Positions 30,733 to 40,311 of a stretch of DNA of 64,000 nucleotides are shown piece by piece. Every line of letters starts with the position of its first letter. The stretch's first letter is position 1. This DNA comes from Syntrophales bacterium (GTDB taxonomy: Bacteria; Desulfobacterota; Syntrophia; Syntrophales; UBA2210): NCBI GenBank assembly GCA_963662405.2, contig CAXXKT010000001.1, positions 544,001-608,000 of the forward strand, read 5' to 3'. The translations under genes and the position numbers were made by a program. Below the pieces are notes generated by a model. That model saw only the letters and a list, made by a program, of their open reading frames with translations, had not been told where the DNA came from and ran no database searches.

Positions 30733-32193
30733 TCATTCCGTCGCGCCCTCTTCTCCGCCACCGTCATCCATCGGCGGGACCCGCAGGAAAACCGATACAG
30801 AGCTCTCCGTGATCTCCACGGCTTCACTCACCCGGGCATCTCCCCACTCGCAGGAAATCCGATAGGCACCGGGAGGCAGGGCCGTGGAAAACCCTCCCGA
30901 CTCGCCGGTATAGACAACGCCGGAGAAGGTCTCCCCTTCTATTCCGACCGCGAGGCCTCCGAGCCCTTCCGACCGGTCATAGAGCAGGTCGCCGTTCCGG
31001 TCTTCGTACGCCACGCCCACAAGCCGGGGGACAGATTCATCCGCGCCCGCGGGGGCGGCGAAATCCGCTACCATGAAGAGGATATGATCGCTGCAGATCG
31101 TCGCAAGCGGCTCCGATTCACCGGCGATAAGACCGACGCCGACGTCCCGCAGATCCGGGTTCAGTATGGCGCGATCGGCCCCTTCCTCCAACTCGCAGAG
31201 GAACAGATCGTATAGAAGCCCCTGCGCTCTGTCGAGGGGAAGCTCTTCATCGGGGCGGTAATAGGACATGCCGAGCGACTCCCCCGCCACCTCAGGATCG
31301 TACCCCGCCTCGGCGATGCGGTCTCGGAAGGTCTCCCCCTCGGGAGAGTCGTGGGAAAAGTAGCCCTCTTCCAGCATGTCGCCGGCGTGAACCGCCGCCG
31401 CCGCGTAGAGCAGGAGGTCAACCGTCAGCGGAGGTAACCCATTCGTCAGGATATCAGTCAGCTCCGGACGGTCCGCGAGGACCTGGTCCGGGTCCATACC
31501 GAGGGAAGAGATTACATCAAGGGGCCGGTAGCGGGCCTGGTTGATCAGATGTACGATCTCCATCGACACCGTTTCCACGCTCCGGCCGAAATCACAGGTC
31601 GCCAGGTAGACGTTATACAGGGCCTTGCCCCATTGCATGGTGCCCGCTCCCAGGGCGATCCCCACCTGCGTCAATTCAGGGCTCAAGATATACATCGTCT
31701 CGCCGCTCGCCGGATCCAGCTGGTCGCGAAACATGGTTTCGAAGATGGTGCGCACCCTCTCGGCGGGATCGACAAAATTCGAAAAGGCAACCAGCCCCAG
31801 AGATTCGCCGCTTGCCAACGGGAGATATCCGGCATCCCGGATGCGATCCTCGTACGTCCGGCCATCGGCGGAATCGTGAGCGTAATACCCCTCCGCCAGC
31901 ATCTCTTCCGTGTGCGCACGGGCCGCCTCATACAAATTGCGATCAAAGGTCAACGGGGGAAGCCCCTCCGTCAGGGCCGTTTCCATCTCCGGAAAATCCC
32001 GGATGATCCGTTCAGGATCCATCCCCATCTCCCGCGCCGTCTCAAGCGGATTTGCCCGCGCCTCGTTGATCATATCGAGAAACGCGACCTCGTACCCGGC
32101 AAGGGCACCCTCCGCCGCCGGGGCACCGGCACAAAAACCGAGCCCGATCATTAGCGCGATCACCGTTGTTGTTATGGTATGGAGTATCTTCAT
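30733..32193 (-). CDS. Secreted tandem CAP/SCP-domain protein with C-terminal SdrD-B/carboxypeptidase-regulatory-like domain
   Basis: Two copies of IN.AR..P...PPLT.D..LY.AA..H..(E/D)ML.EGY(Y/F).HDS..G.T..DRI..AGY; GVAYEDRNGD tail. Confidence 0.85.
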   Translation of the reverse strand: MKILHTITTTVIALMIGLGFCAGAPAAEGALAGYEVAFLDMINEARANPLETAREMGMDPERIIRDFPEMETALTEGLPPLTFDRNLYEAARAHTEEMLAEGYYAHDSADGRTYEDRIRDAGYLPLASGESLGLVAFSNFVDPAERVRTIFETMFRDQLDPASGETMYILSPELTQVGIALGAGTMQWGKALYNVYLATCDFGRSVETVSMEIVHLINQARYRPLDVISSLGMDPDQVLADRPELTDILTNGLPPLTVDLLLYAAAAVHAGDMLEEGYFSHDSPEGETFRDRIAEAGYDPEVAGESLGMSYYRPDEELPLDRAQGLLYDLFLCELEEGADRAILNPDLRDVGVGLIAGESEPLATICSDHILFMVADFAAPAGADESVPRLVGVAYEDRNGDLLYDRSEGLGGLAVGIEGETFSGVVYTGESGGFSTALPPGAYRISCEWGDARVSEAVEITESSVSVFLRVPPMDDGGGEEGATE

Positions 32194-32218
32194 GCGTCAC
32201 CCGTCCGGGCATGAACCT

Positions 32219-32234
32219 AGCAAAACATATGCCA
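32219..32234 (-). promoter_or_regulatory. Putative sigma54 (-24/-12) promoter upstream of the CAP gene
   Basis: TGGCATATGTTTTGCT matches TGGCAC-N5-TTGCW with exact GG-N10-GC spacing, 26 nt before the ATG. Confidence 0.65.
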
Positions 32235-32504
32235 TATCGAGGCAGGAGCAGGGGTATAACGGCGGCACCGCAGGGCTATGATCGTCTCTCAGAACCCCGC
32301 AGGCGGACAGACCGGCTTGATCGCCCCGCCACCCCGTGAAACGATTGCCTGCCGCTCTCCTCATCTTCGGCCACAGATCAGATCCGTACCGAATCTTCAA
32401 AGAGGACAACCCCGGGGCACCCCCTTCCGGGACCGCCCTTCGCATGATACAACTGGACCAATACAACCAGGGTTGGTCAGATACAGCCTGTCCTCCGGCC
32501 CGTT

Positions 32505-34436
32505 TCAGCGGCCACGCATCACCTCTCTATAATATGAGGTGTTCCTGATATTCTCCAGTTCGGGATCGGTCCGTATCAGGTCCCAATTGTCATATCCCTC
32601 CTCGACGGCCCTTCTGAGCGCCCCGACCGCTTCTTCCTTCTTCCCCTGCAGCGCATAGGCACAGGCAATGTTATAGGAGGCGACGGGGGCATAATGAGCG
32701 TCCAGCCGCCTTGCCGCCGCGTAATGGCCGACGGCCTCTTCATGTCTCCCCTGCCTGAGCAGCCCCCCCCCGAGCCTGAAGTGGGCCTGCGCGTAACCGG
32801 GGTCGATACGGACGGCTTCGGCATACTCCCTGACGGCCTCCGCCAGCTCTCCCCGCTTGTCGAGGACAAAGGCCAGGTTGTGATGCGCCACGGCCATATC
32901 GGGTTTGAGGCGCAGTGCTTCGCGATATTGTGCGATGGCCTGCTTCGCATCCCCCTGTTCCGCCAGGGCAGTCCCCAGGTTGATGAGCGCCTCCGGATAG
33001 ACCGGCTTGATTCGCAACGCCTCGCGGTACCGGTCGATGGCCTCTTCCTTCTTCCCCTGCAGTGCCAGGGCGTTCCCCAGGTTGACGAGCGCCTCCGGAT
33101 ACGCCGGCCGGATACGCAATGCCTCACGGTACTGCGCCGCGGCCTGTTGCGTGTCGCCCCGTTCATGGAGGGCCGTCCCCAGGTTATTGTGCGCCAAGGA
33201 GTTAGCCGTCGTCACATCGAGGGCGTGCCGGAAGAGGGAGATGTTGTCCTTCCAGTACCCCGCCTGCACCCACGTCACCGCCATCAGAACCGCCAGGACC
33301 GACGAGCCCGCAACGGCAAGCCCACAACGGGGGAGTCGCCAACGGGAAAAAAACGCCGGGATACCCCACGAAATCATCACGAAGATACCGACCAGCGGCA
33401 GGTACGTGTACCGGTCGGCCATCGACTGGCTCCCCACCTGTACCAGACCGATCACCGGAACCAGCGTCCCCAGGTACCACAACCACCCCACCGCCAGGTA
33501 CGGATGTCTCTTTATCGCCCTGATCACCAGATATGATATGACCACGAGAAGAACGCCGGCCATGAGACCCTGCACGAGGGAAACCGCCCGCGGATACGGA
33601 TAGAAAACCGCCAGCTTGTACGGCCAGATCGTCTTCACCAGGTAGCTTATATAGGAAAGCAGGGCATTGGCCGCACGTGCATCCAGGGGAATCGCATCCA
33701 GGGAACTGACCGCCCCGCCGCCACGCTGGACGAAAAAGGTCACGACGCTCGACGCCCCGGAGAGGAGAAGGAGCGGAATCTTCTCCCACACCAGACGAAA
33801 CCACTGACCCCTGACGCCTTCCCGCCGGAGACGCCCCAGGGGCCATATGTCCAGCAGCAGGAGAACAAAGGGCAGCGTCACCACCATCGGCTTGGACATC
33901 AGACCCAGGGCAAAAAAGAGTACAACCGGCAGATACCTGCCGATACCCGGACGCCGCGTATACCGGACGTAGGACCACATCGTCAGGAGCCAGAAAAAGG
34001 CGCTCAGGACATCCTTCCGCTCCGCCACCCATGCCACCGACTCCACGTGCAGAGGGTGAAACGCGAAGAGGGCCGCCACAAAGGCGCTGGACCACAGATC
34101 ACCCGTCATCATCCGGAAAACCGCAAACAGGAGAAGGGTGTTGAAAATATGAAAAAGCAGACTGGTCAGGTGGTGCGCACCCGGATGCAGACCGAACAGG
34201 TGGCAGTCCGCCATGTGGGAAAGCCACGTCAGGGGATGCCAGTTGGCCGCGGCCGTGGCGGTGAAGGCGCGGGAGATGTTCTCCATGGTGATTCCCCCCT
34301 GCACCCACTGATTCCGGGTGACGTAATCGCCGTCATCATAGTAGAGAAATCCGTGATTCCACACCTGCCCGTACACGGCGAGGATACCGATCACCAGCGC
34401 GAGACAGATGGATATTGCCAACCGACGGGGGGACAT
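32505..34436 (-). CDS. TMTC-like GT-C membrane protein with C-terminal TPR array (copy A)
   Basis: YYDD loop, NWHPLTWLSH, HPLHVESVAWVAERKDVL, MSKPMVVTLP, ADRYTYLP, ~5 TPRs and YNIACAY...IRTDPEL end domain. Confidence 0.88.
   Translation of the reverse strand: MSPRRLAISICLALVIGILAVYGQVWNHGFLYYDDGDYVTRNQWVQGGITMENISRAFTATAAANWHPLTWLSHMADCHLFGLHPGAHHLTSLLFHIFNTLLLFAVFRMMTGDLWSSAFVAALFAFHPLHVESVAWVAERKDVLSAFFWLLTMWSYVRYTRRPGIGRYLPVVLFFALGLMSKPMVVTLPFVLLLLDIWPLGRLRREGVRGQWFRLVWEKIPLLLLSGASSVVTFFVQRGGGAVSSLDAIPLDARAANALLSYISYLVKTIWPYKLAVFYPYPRAVSLVQGLMAGVLLVVISYLVIRAIKRHPYLAVGWLWYLGTLVPVIGLVQVGSQSMADRYTYLPLVGIFVMISWGIPAFFSRWRLPRCGLAVAGSSVLAVLMAVTWVQAGYWKDNISLFRHALDVTTANSLAHNNLGTALHERGDTQQAAAQYREALRIRPAYPEALVNLGNALALQGKKEEAIDRYREALRIKPVYPEALINLGTALAEQGDAKQAIAQYREALRLKPDMAVAHHNLAFVLDKRGELAEAVREYAEAVRIDPGYAQAHFRLGGGLLRQGRHEEAVGHYAAARRLDAHYAPVASYNIACAYALQGKKEEAVGALRRAVEEGYDNWDLIRTDPELENIRNTSYYREVMRGR
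33211..34245. repeat. Third near-identical copy (~1035 bp) of the TMTC-like membrane domain (matches 43007-44041 and 45051-46085)
   Basis: Identical protein and shadow-ORF translations; one substitution spotted at 33255 vs 43051. Confidence 0.9.
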
Positions 34437-34438
34437 GG

Positions 34439-35191
34439 CTACCTCAGGGGGGGGAAAAGAGGCGAGGAAATGGTTCCGGCCTTCGCCAGGCGAAAGGCGA
34501 CGGCGGTCCCCAGACAGCCGACCCCGTACCGGATGCTGCGCCCCAGGTTGATGGAGGAGGCCTCATCGAAATATTTCGTCGGACAGCTGACCTCTCCGAT
34601 GACGTAACCGTGCCACAGGACCTGGGCCAGCATCTGATTGTCGAAGACGAAATCGTCGGAATTCTCCTCGAGGGGCAACAGTTCCAGGAGTTCGCGGGAA
34701 AAGGCCCGGTACCCGGTGTGATACTCGGAAAGCTTCGCCCCCAGCAGGATGTTTTCCGCGGCGGTGAGAAACCGGTTTGCGACGTATTTCCAGGGAGGCA
34801 TCCCCCCCTTCAGGGCATACCCTCCCAGTATCCTCGATCCCAGTACACAGGGATAGAGCCCGTTGCCGATCAGTGATACCATGGCGGGGATTAACTGCGG
34901 CGTGTACTGGTAGTCGGGGTGGACCATGATGACGATGTCCCCCCCCTCTTCGAGGGCCAGGCGGTAGCAGGTCTTCTGGTTGGCGCCGTATCCCTTGTTC
35001 CGGGGATGGACATGTACCCTGACATTTGGAAGGGTCCGGGCAATGGCCGCCGTTTCGTCATGACTCGCGTCGTCCACCACGATAACAGAATCGACATAAT
35101 CCTGCTCCATGACTTCCGTATAGGTCCGGAGGACCGTCTGTGCCGCGTTGTAGGCCGGCATGACCACGATCACCTTTTTGTCTCGAAACAT
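34439..35191 (-). CDS. GT2, polyprenyl-phosphate sugar synthase (DPM-synthase-like)
   Basis: VVMPAYNA, VVDDASHD, NKGYGANQKTCY, VHPDYQY, EYHTGYRAF. Confidence 0.88.
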   Translation of the reverse strand: MFRDKKVIVVMPAYNAAQTVLRTYTEVMEQDYVDSVIVVDDASHDETAAIARTLPNVRVHVHPRNKGYGANQKTCYRLALEEGGDIVIMVHPDYQYTPQLIPAMVSLIGNGLYPCVLGSRILGGYALKGGMPPWKYVANRFLTAAENILLGAKLSEYHTGYRAFSRELLELLPLEENSDDFVFDNQMLAQVLWHGYVIGEVSCPTKYFDEASSINLGRSIRYGVGCLGTAVAFRLAKAGTISSPLFPPLR

Positions 35192-35259
35192 GTGTCACTC
35201 CTCTGAAAAAGGAACAGGCCCCTGTCCCCCGTCATACAATAAAGCACCTTATATTCAAA

Positions 35260-36966
35260 TTATTGCCCAATCCCGTCATCAGAACGTCCCTCTCCGGACA
35301 AGGCGGAGCCGCTGTACTCCTTCAGCCGAAACACCGCGACCTGATACGGTGTCCGAGGCGGCCATACGAGGTCCGGCGCCCACTGGTATGTAGCCCCGCC
35401 ACGGTTGATAGAAACCAGGCAGACAGGCGCGTAGTGTTCATCCTGGTACCGCCGGAACCAGTCAAAGACCAGCGTGTGAGAATCGGGACGCTTCATCCAG
35501 GAGGCATAGATGTTGACAAAAACGAGAACGGGCGGCCGGGCCGATTCGACCTGCTGTATCATCTCTTTCTGGATCTGCAAAGCAAAATCGTGGCGTTCCA
35601 TCAGCGGGTACATATAAACATGCCCGCTCGCGGAGCGCCGACCCGTGTAAAAGTATATCTGCGGTTCGGAGCCGATAACGGCAACCCGGTCCCCCTCTTC
35701 CGTGTGGGCCCGGATGTACCGGGCAATATCCAGGGACTCCGGAAAGGGGTTGGATCCGTACGTGGCTCGACAGGCCTGGAGAGGGGTCATCAGGAAGAGG
35801 AAGGAGCGCTGCTGGTAGATCGACACCGCCACGCACACAAGGGCCAGGGCAGCCGGCAGGCCGTAACGGACGGCACTCTTGCGGGCGTTCTTCAGTTTGC
35901 GCGACATACCGCCGATTGCCCCCCCCGCGAGCAGGGCGGCCACCGGGAGGGCCAGGACAAAGTAATGCGGGCGAAAATACAGGCCAGGAGATAACGCGAC
36001 AAGGGAAAAAAGGACGAAGAGCGCGATGAAGACCCGTCGCCGTCGTGACCTCTCGTCCCAGAAAAGGGCGGTCAGGCCGCCAAGAGCAAGCACCCAGAGG
36101 AGGGGAGCCGAGACGACGATGGGCCAGGCACTTCTCGTGAACAAGGGCCACGCCTTCGAAATCGGGATCTGCGAGGCGTATGAACCCGCGCACTCGACCG
36201 TCCAGAACCAGAAGCTTTCAAAGCCCCCGGCCAATGCCATAATAATGCAGGTCAAGGCGTAGGGCAGTACCGCTCCTGCACCAAAAAACGCGCATCCCGA
36301 TAGGACATGGCCCGGCTCCACCGGTCTTACGCGCAACCGGTCGATGATCAGATACAGGGCACCCAGCACGACAAAGGCGGCGCTGTGCTGCTTGATAATA
36401 AAGCCGGTGCCAAGGAGCAGACCGCCCCAGAAGAGCGGCCACGGCCGATCTTCATCAAGCCCTCGCAGGAGAAAAAGCAAACCGCCGATTGCCGGGAGGA
36501 CCACGAAATGTTCCGCGTTGGCGAAGACACCCTGAACCGACTGGCCGACCGACAGGACGGCAAAAACCGCCCCGGCCGCAGCTCCCGCCAAGGGATCAAA
36601 AAGTCGCCTTCCCAGAAGAAAGAGGACTATGATCGTGGCGATATTGACAACCAGGAGCCCCAGATGGATGCCGGCATGTGTCTGTCCGAACAACACCATG
36701 ATGCCTGCATAGGCAACGTAGATCCCCGGCAGTTTCATGCTGTAGAGACCCTGGTAGGGGAGAACCCCCTGCAACAGGAGTTGCCCGCCGTAGGCGTACT
36801 CCCCTTCGTCGCGCTCCAGAGGAACATCCAGAAGGCCCCAGCGTAACACAATCGACAGGAGCACCGCCGCCGCCAGCAGGGTGGACCATATCCATCGATA
36901 CCTGACAGATCGATCATCCGGCTGTTTTGGAATTGATTTTTTCTTTTTCATCTCAGGCGACTTCAC
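35260..36966 (-). CDS. ArnT/PMT_2-like GT-C glycosyltransferase
   Basis: PLERDEGEYAY, MKLPGIY, ANAEHF, IIKQH, PHYF, GSEPQIYFY; many TM segments. Confidence 0.8.
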   Translation of the reverse strand: MKSPEMKKKKSIPKQPDDRSVRYRWIWSTLLAAAVLLSIVLRWGLLDVPLERDEGEYAYGGQLLLQGVLPYQGLYSMKLPGIYVAYAGIMVLFGQTHAGIHLGLLVVNIATIIVLFLLGRRLFDPLAGAAAGAVFAVLSVGQSVQGVFANAEHFVVLPAIGGLLFLLRGLDEDRPWPLFWGGLLLGTGFIIKQHSAAFVVLGALYLIIDRLRVRPVEPGHVLSGCAFFGAGAVLPYALTCIIMALAGGFESFWFWTVECAGSYASQIPISKAWPLFTRSAWPIVVSAPLLWVLALGGLTALFWDERSRRRRVFIALFVLFSLVALSPGLYFRPHYFVLALPVAALLAGGAIGGMSRKLKNARKSAVRYGLPAALALVCVAVSIYQQRSFLFLMTPLQACRATYGSNPFPESLDIARYIRAHTEEGDRVAVIGSEPQIYFYTGRRSASGHVYMYPLMERHDFALQIQKEMIQQVESARPPVLVFVNIYASWMKRPDSHTLVFDWFRRYQDEHYAPVCLVSINRGGATYQWAPDLVWPPRTPYQVAVFRLKEYSGSALSGEGRSDDGIGQ

Positions 36967-37018
36967 GTATCACCTTGACGGGTTCAACAGTCATTTTGTC
37001 ATCTATGCAATGCGTTAT

Positions 37019-37429
37019 TCATGCCTTAAACACCAAATATTTCGTGGCGCCAAAGTTCATGAGTGTAATGACGGCCATGACACATAGCCATATTACATTG
37101 ATATTCCAGTTCAGATGTTCATGAGCAATGCTTAAAGAAAAGGCGCTCAAAAAAAGTAATGTCACTTGTACTGTGACAAATGGGATAAATGCATCCCGTC
37201 CGTGTCTTGTCCGTGAAAATGTCCAGTTCTTGTTCCAGATAAAACTCCAGAGGATCCCGGCGGCATAGCTCAGACACTGAGATACGAACGCATCACCATA
37301 CAAAACGAATCCATATACAACGAAAAATACAGCATAACTAACGATGGCATTGGAAATACCGACGATAATAAACTTGAATAATTGGAAATTAACCAGTCCT
37401 TCCCGTACTCTTTTGATCATGAACCTCAC
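37019..37429 (-). CDS. gtrA: GtrA family flippase-like membrane protein
   Basis: QLFKFIIVG, SFIWNKNWTF, NFGATKYLVFK; four TM segments; downstream of the GtrB-like gene. Confidence 0.85.
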   Translation of the reverse strand: MRFMIKRVREGLVNFQLFKFIIVGISNAIVSYAVFFVVYGFVLYGDAFVSQCLSYAAGILWSFIWNKNWTFSRTRHGRDAFIPFVTVQVTLLFLSAFSLSIAHEHLNWNINVIWLCVMAVITLMNFGATKYLVFKA

Positions 37430-38354
37430 TCATTATAAATCTCGGCCGGTTTTGGAGTGCCACATGAATTCGTGCCAAGTAAGTCCCTATGATACCCAAG
37501 ACAATAAACAACACACCAAATAAAAATGATATTATCCCGACGGTAGAAGCCCAACCGGGGACAGTTTGTCCAATCGAAAACCGAAATAATATATAAACCA
37601 GCTCCAGAAAAGCTAACACACTTGTGAGAACACCAATCCATACCCCCAGCACAAGCGGTTTTGTGGAGAATGAAATTATAGAACCGCTGCCAAACTTAAC
37701 CATCTTGGATACAGTATATTTTGATCTTCCCGAAAATCTCGCACCAGCCGCATATGAAAGAGTGACTGATGGAAAACCGAGCCATTCAACGGCTCCTCGT
37801 AAAAATAAATCAACATCTTTTAGCTGTAACAACTGATCCAAGACAGATCTGTCGATCAACCTGAAATCTGATGACCCTGGAACCACCTGAACACCTGTAG
37901 CAAATGAAAATAATTTGTAGAAAATCCAAGAAGTCTTTCTCTTAAAAAAAGAATTTACGTTCCTATCATTTCGGAACGTATTGACGACAGAGGCCCCTTT
38001 CTCATAACTTGCAAGCATTTGAGGGATCAGCGACGGGGGATGTTGTAAATCTCCATCCATAGAAATTATTGCCTTCCCGCTGGCACGATTTAATCCTGCA
38101 AGCAACGCATGTTGATGACCAAAATTCCGGGCTAGTCTGATACCCGTAATAGACGAGTTTACATTTGCTGCCTCTTTTATCTTGGCCCAGGTTTGATCAC
38201 GGCTACCGTCATCAACCAGAATAATCTCATAACTCACACCTAGATTTTGAAGATTATCCTCCAAATCCTTCAACAAAACGTCTATATTACCCTCTTCATT
38301 GAATAAGGGGATAACAACAGACAAGTAAATGTTTTCTTTAATTACACCATCCAT
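37389..38354 (-). CDS. gtrB: GtrB/ArnC-like GT2 (bactoprenol glycosyltransferase)
   Basis: SVVIPLFNEE, VDDGSRD, RNFGHQHALLAGL, MDGDLQHPP, SDFRLIDR, two C-terminal TM, RPRFI. Confidence 0.88.
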   Translation of the reverse strand: MDGVIKENIYLSVVIPLFNEEGNIDVLLKDLEDNLQNLGVSYEIILVDDGSRDQTWAKIKEAANVNSSITGIRLARNFGHQHALLAGLNRASGKAIISMDGDLQHPPSLIPQMLASYEKGASVVNTFRNDRNVNSFFKRKTSWIFYKLFSFATGVQVVPGSSDFRLIDRSVLDQLLQLKDVDLFLRGAVEWLGFPSVTLSYAAGARFSGRSKYTVSKMVKFGSGSIISFSTKPLVLGVWIGVLTSVLAFLELVYILFRFSIGQTVPGWASTVGIISFLFGVLFIVLGIIGTYLARIHVALQNRPRFIMSEVHDQKSTGRTG

Positions 38355-38482
38355 CTCCTACACCCCCATAAAAAAAAACGGCGTGTGAGTCAAAGAACAC
38401 CCAAAAGGAATCATCAAACAGCTACGCATTAAAGATGTCATGGGGGGTTTTTGTCCCACCCTATTCGTTGGCACTCTCTTCA

Positions 38483-40195
38483 CTATAACCGCCAGCCCTG
38501 TATCACCAGAAGGGGCACATTTTCAAATTTATTGACAGCTCCATCAATAGGTATTTGAATCTGCCGCAGTGTTTCTCCGTGCATCCGGAGCGCATATCCC
38601 GCTTGACGGGACCAAGTCCTCTGATAAGCATCCTCACTCCAACCGTACGGCGAATGTGGTGCAGGTGCAATGGTTCCGGGTGTTCCCCCCTGCCGCGGAA
38701 AAGCCAGGCCACCAACCAACCACACCCGATTCCCTTCTTTCAGCGTTCGGAGCATACCTTCAACGACCGGCCTGATCGGTTCATTCTGCATCATCAGGTC
38801 TTTCAAAAGGTCATAACGATGATAAGCATGGTCCTCCATATCAGGCAATGTGACCCATCTCGTTGATCCTTTGTAATAGCGATCAAAGGTAACTCCGCAA
38901 TAAAACGGAAAGACCACTATGAGATCATCTTTTTCCGCAATCGATCCCAGCTTTGCAGCAATGAGGTCAATGTTCGTTTTGCGTTCATGAGCGACATTCC
39001 ATGAGCCGGTGAAAACGAATGCCGCAACCACGGCGATAGAGACGACTCGCATATACCGACCTATCGTTTTCTTTTTACAAACCACATCGGTCATCTTATC
39101 GACGATGACGGCAAGTACCACCATGAGGGGCAGGTAGTACCAGACCTGCGTCGGGTAAGACAATATCCGAATAAATGTTCCGTATGAAACGATACCGACC
39201 AGCATCGTGACCAGTAGGAATAACATCATCTCCTTGTGGTCCTCGGACGGGCTCCGCGAAGAGAAGCACAGTTCCCGGATAAACACAACAACGGCGGACA
39301 GGATCAGGAATAACCAGAGCCATGAAATGAAAAAATCTGCAGGATCGATTGCGTGCCCGAATTTACCGATGATCCAGGAAAGAGACATCGGCATTTTTAC
39401 AATGACATTCCATGCCGCTGTTTTGGTTGCAATGGTGTAGTAAGGTGCCACGGACAACGCGGCTATCGCACCGACCCCGAGGGGAAAGAGAACGAGTTTC
39501 CACCGACGGCGGTACAGGCCGACCGCCGCCCCTCCGACGCACAGCGCAAAGAGCAGAAAGGCATTATGGTATAGGCACTGAACACTCAGAACGGCGATCA
39601 CCAGGCTTGTGAGCATCTTTCGGGGGACCGGATCTTCGATGGCCCGCCACAGGGCGCCCATGGTCAGCAGTATGAGGATGACGCCCAGACCGTAGGCTCG
39701 CAGTGTATCACCCCACAAGATCGTCGGACAGAGGGCAATAAGGACGAGGGATACCAGGGGAAACCGCACCTCCAGGTTGCGCCCTACAAGCCATAAGGAA
39801 CCCGCAATCCCGAGGCCAATGATCAATCCCAGCACCCGCAGGGCAAGGTCCGTCTCTCCGAATCCGAGACTAATCCACCCCCGGAGGACCAGGAACCAGA
39901 GGATGGGATAAGATTCAAATCGCATCTTATCCGAAAAAGCAGAAAAGCTAGACAGCATGCTGGTGTTGAGGGTATTGGCTTCATCGCGCCAGAGCCCTCC
40001 GGAATGAAGAAGGACGACGACATGCAGTACCACCGCACCGATCAGTATCACGGCAAAGACGCCGAGTTCTACCCACCCGATGACACCTCTCCCTGATGAT
40101 GAAGTCGTACCCGTAGTGAGCGTATCGACTGGTGGTGAAACATCTGTATGCGAAGACGGATGAGGATCATTGGCGTTCTTGAGCCTTTTAGCCAT
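38483..40195 (-). CDS. GT-C-type membrane glycosyltransferase (paralog 1)
   Basis: LWRDE after TM1, LRAYGLG, ~11 TM segments, periplasmic C-domain with RVWLV. Confidence 0.7.
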   Translation of the reverse strand: MAKRLKNANDPHPSSHTDVSPPVDTLTTGTTSSSGRGVIGWVELGVFAVILIGAVVLHVVVLLHSGGLWRDEANTLNTSMLSSFSAFSDKMRFESYPILWFLVLRGWISLGFGETDLALRVLGLIIGLGIAGSLWLVGRNLEVRFPLVSLVLIALCPTILWGDTLRAYGLGVILILLTMGALWRAIEDPVPRKMLTSLVIAVLSVQCLYHNAFLLFALCVGGAAVGLYRRRWKLVLFPLGVGAIAALSVAPYYTIATKTAAWNVIVKMPMSLSWIIGKFGHAIDPADFFISWLWLFLILSAVVVFIRELCFSSRSPSEDHKEMMLFLLVTMLVGIVSYGTFIRILSYPTQVWYYLPLMVVLAVIVDKMTDVVCKKKTIGRYMRVVSIAVVAAFVFTGSWNVAHERKTNIDLIAAKLGSIAEKDDLIVVFPFYCGVTFDRYYKGSTRWVTLPDMEDHAYHRYDLLKDLMMQNEPIRPVVEGMLRTLKEGNRVWLVGGLAFPRQGGTPGTIAPAPHSPYGWSEDAYQRTWSRQAGYALRMHGETLRQIQIPIDGAVNKFENVPLLVIQGWRL

Positions 40196-40311
40196 CGGGT
40201 AACCCTCTTGTGGATTGATCTGCCTTCATGTCTGTATTGTGCGCTCCTTCCCTCTTTTCAACGAGACACCTCCGGGATCGCTTCCGTTGCAGATGAGCCA
40301 ACCATTCAGGA

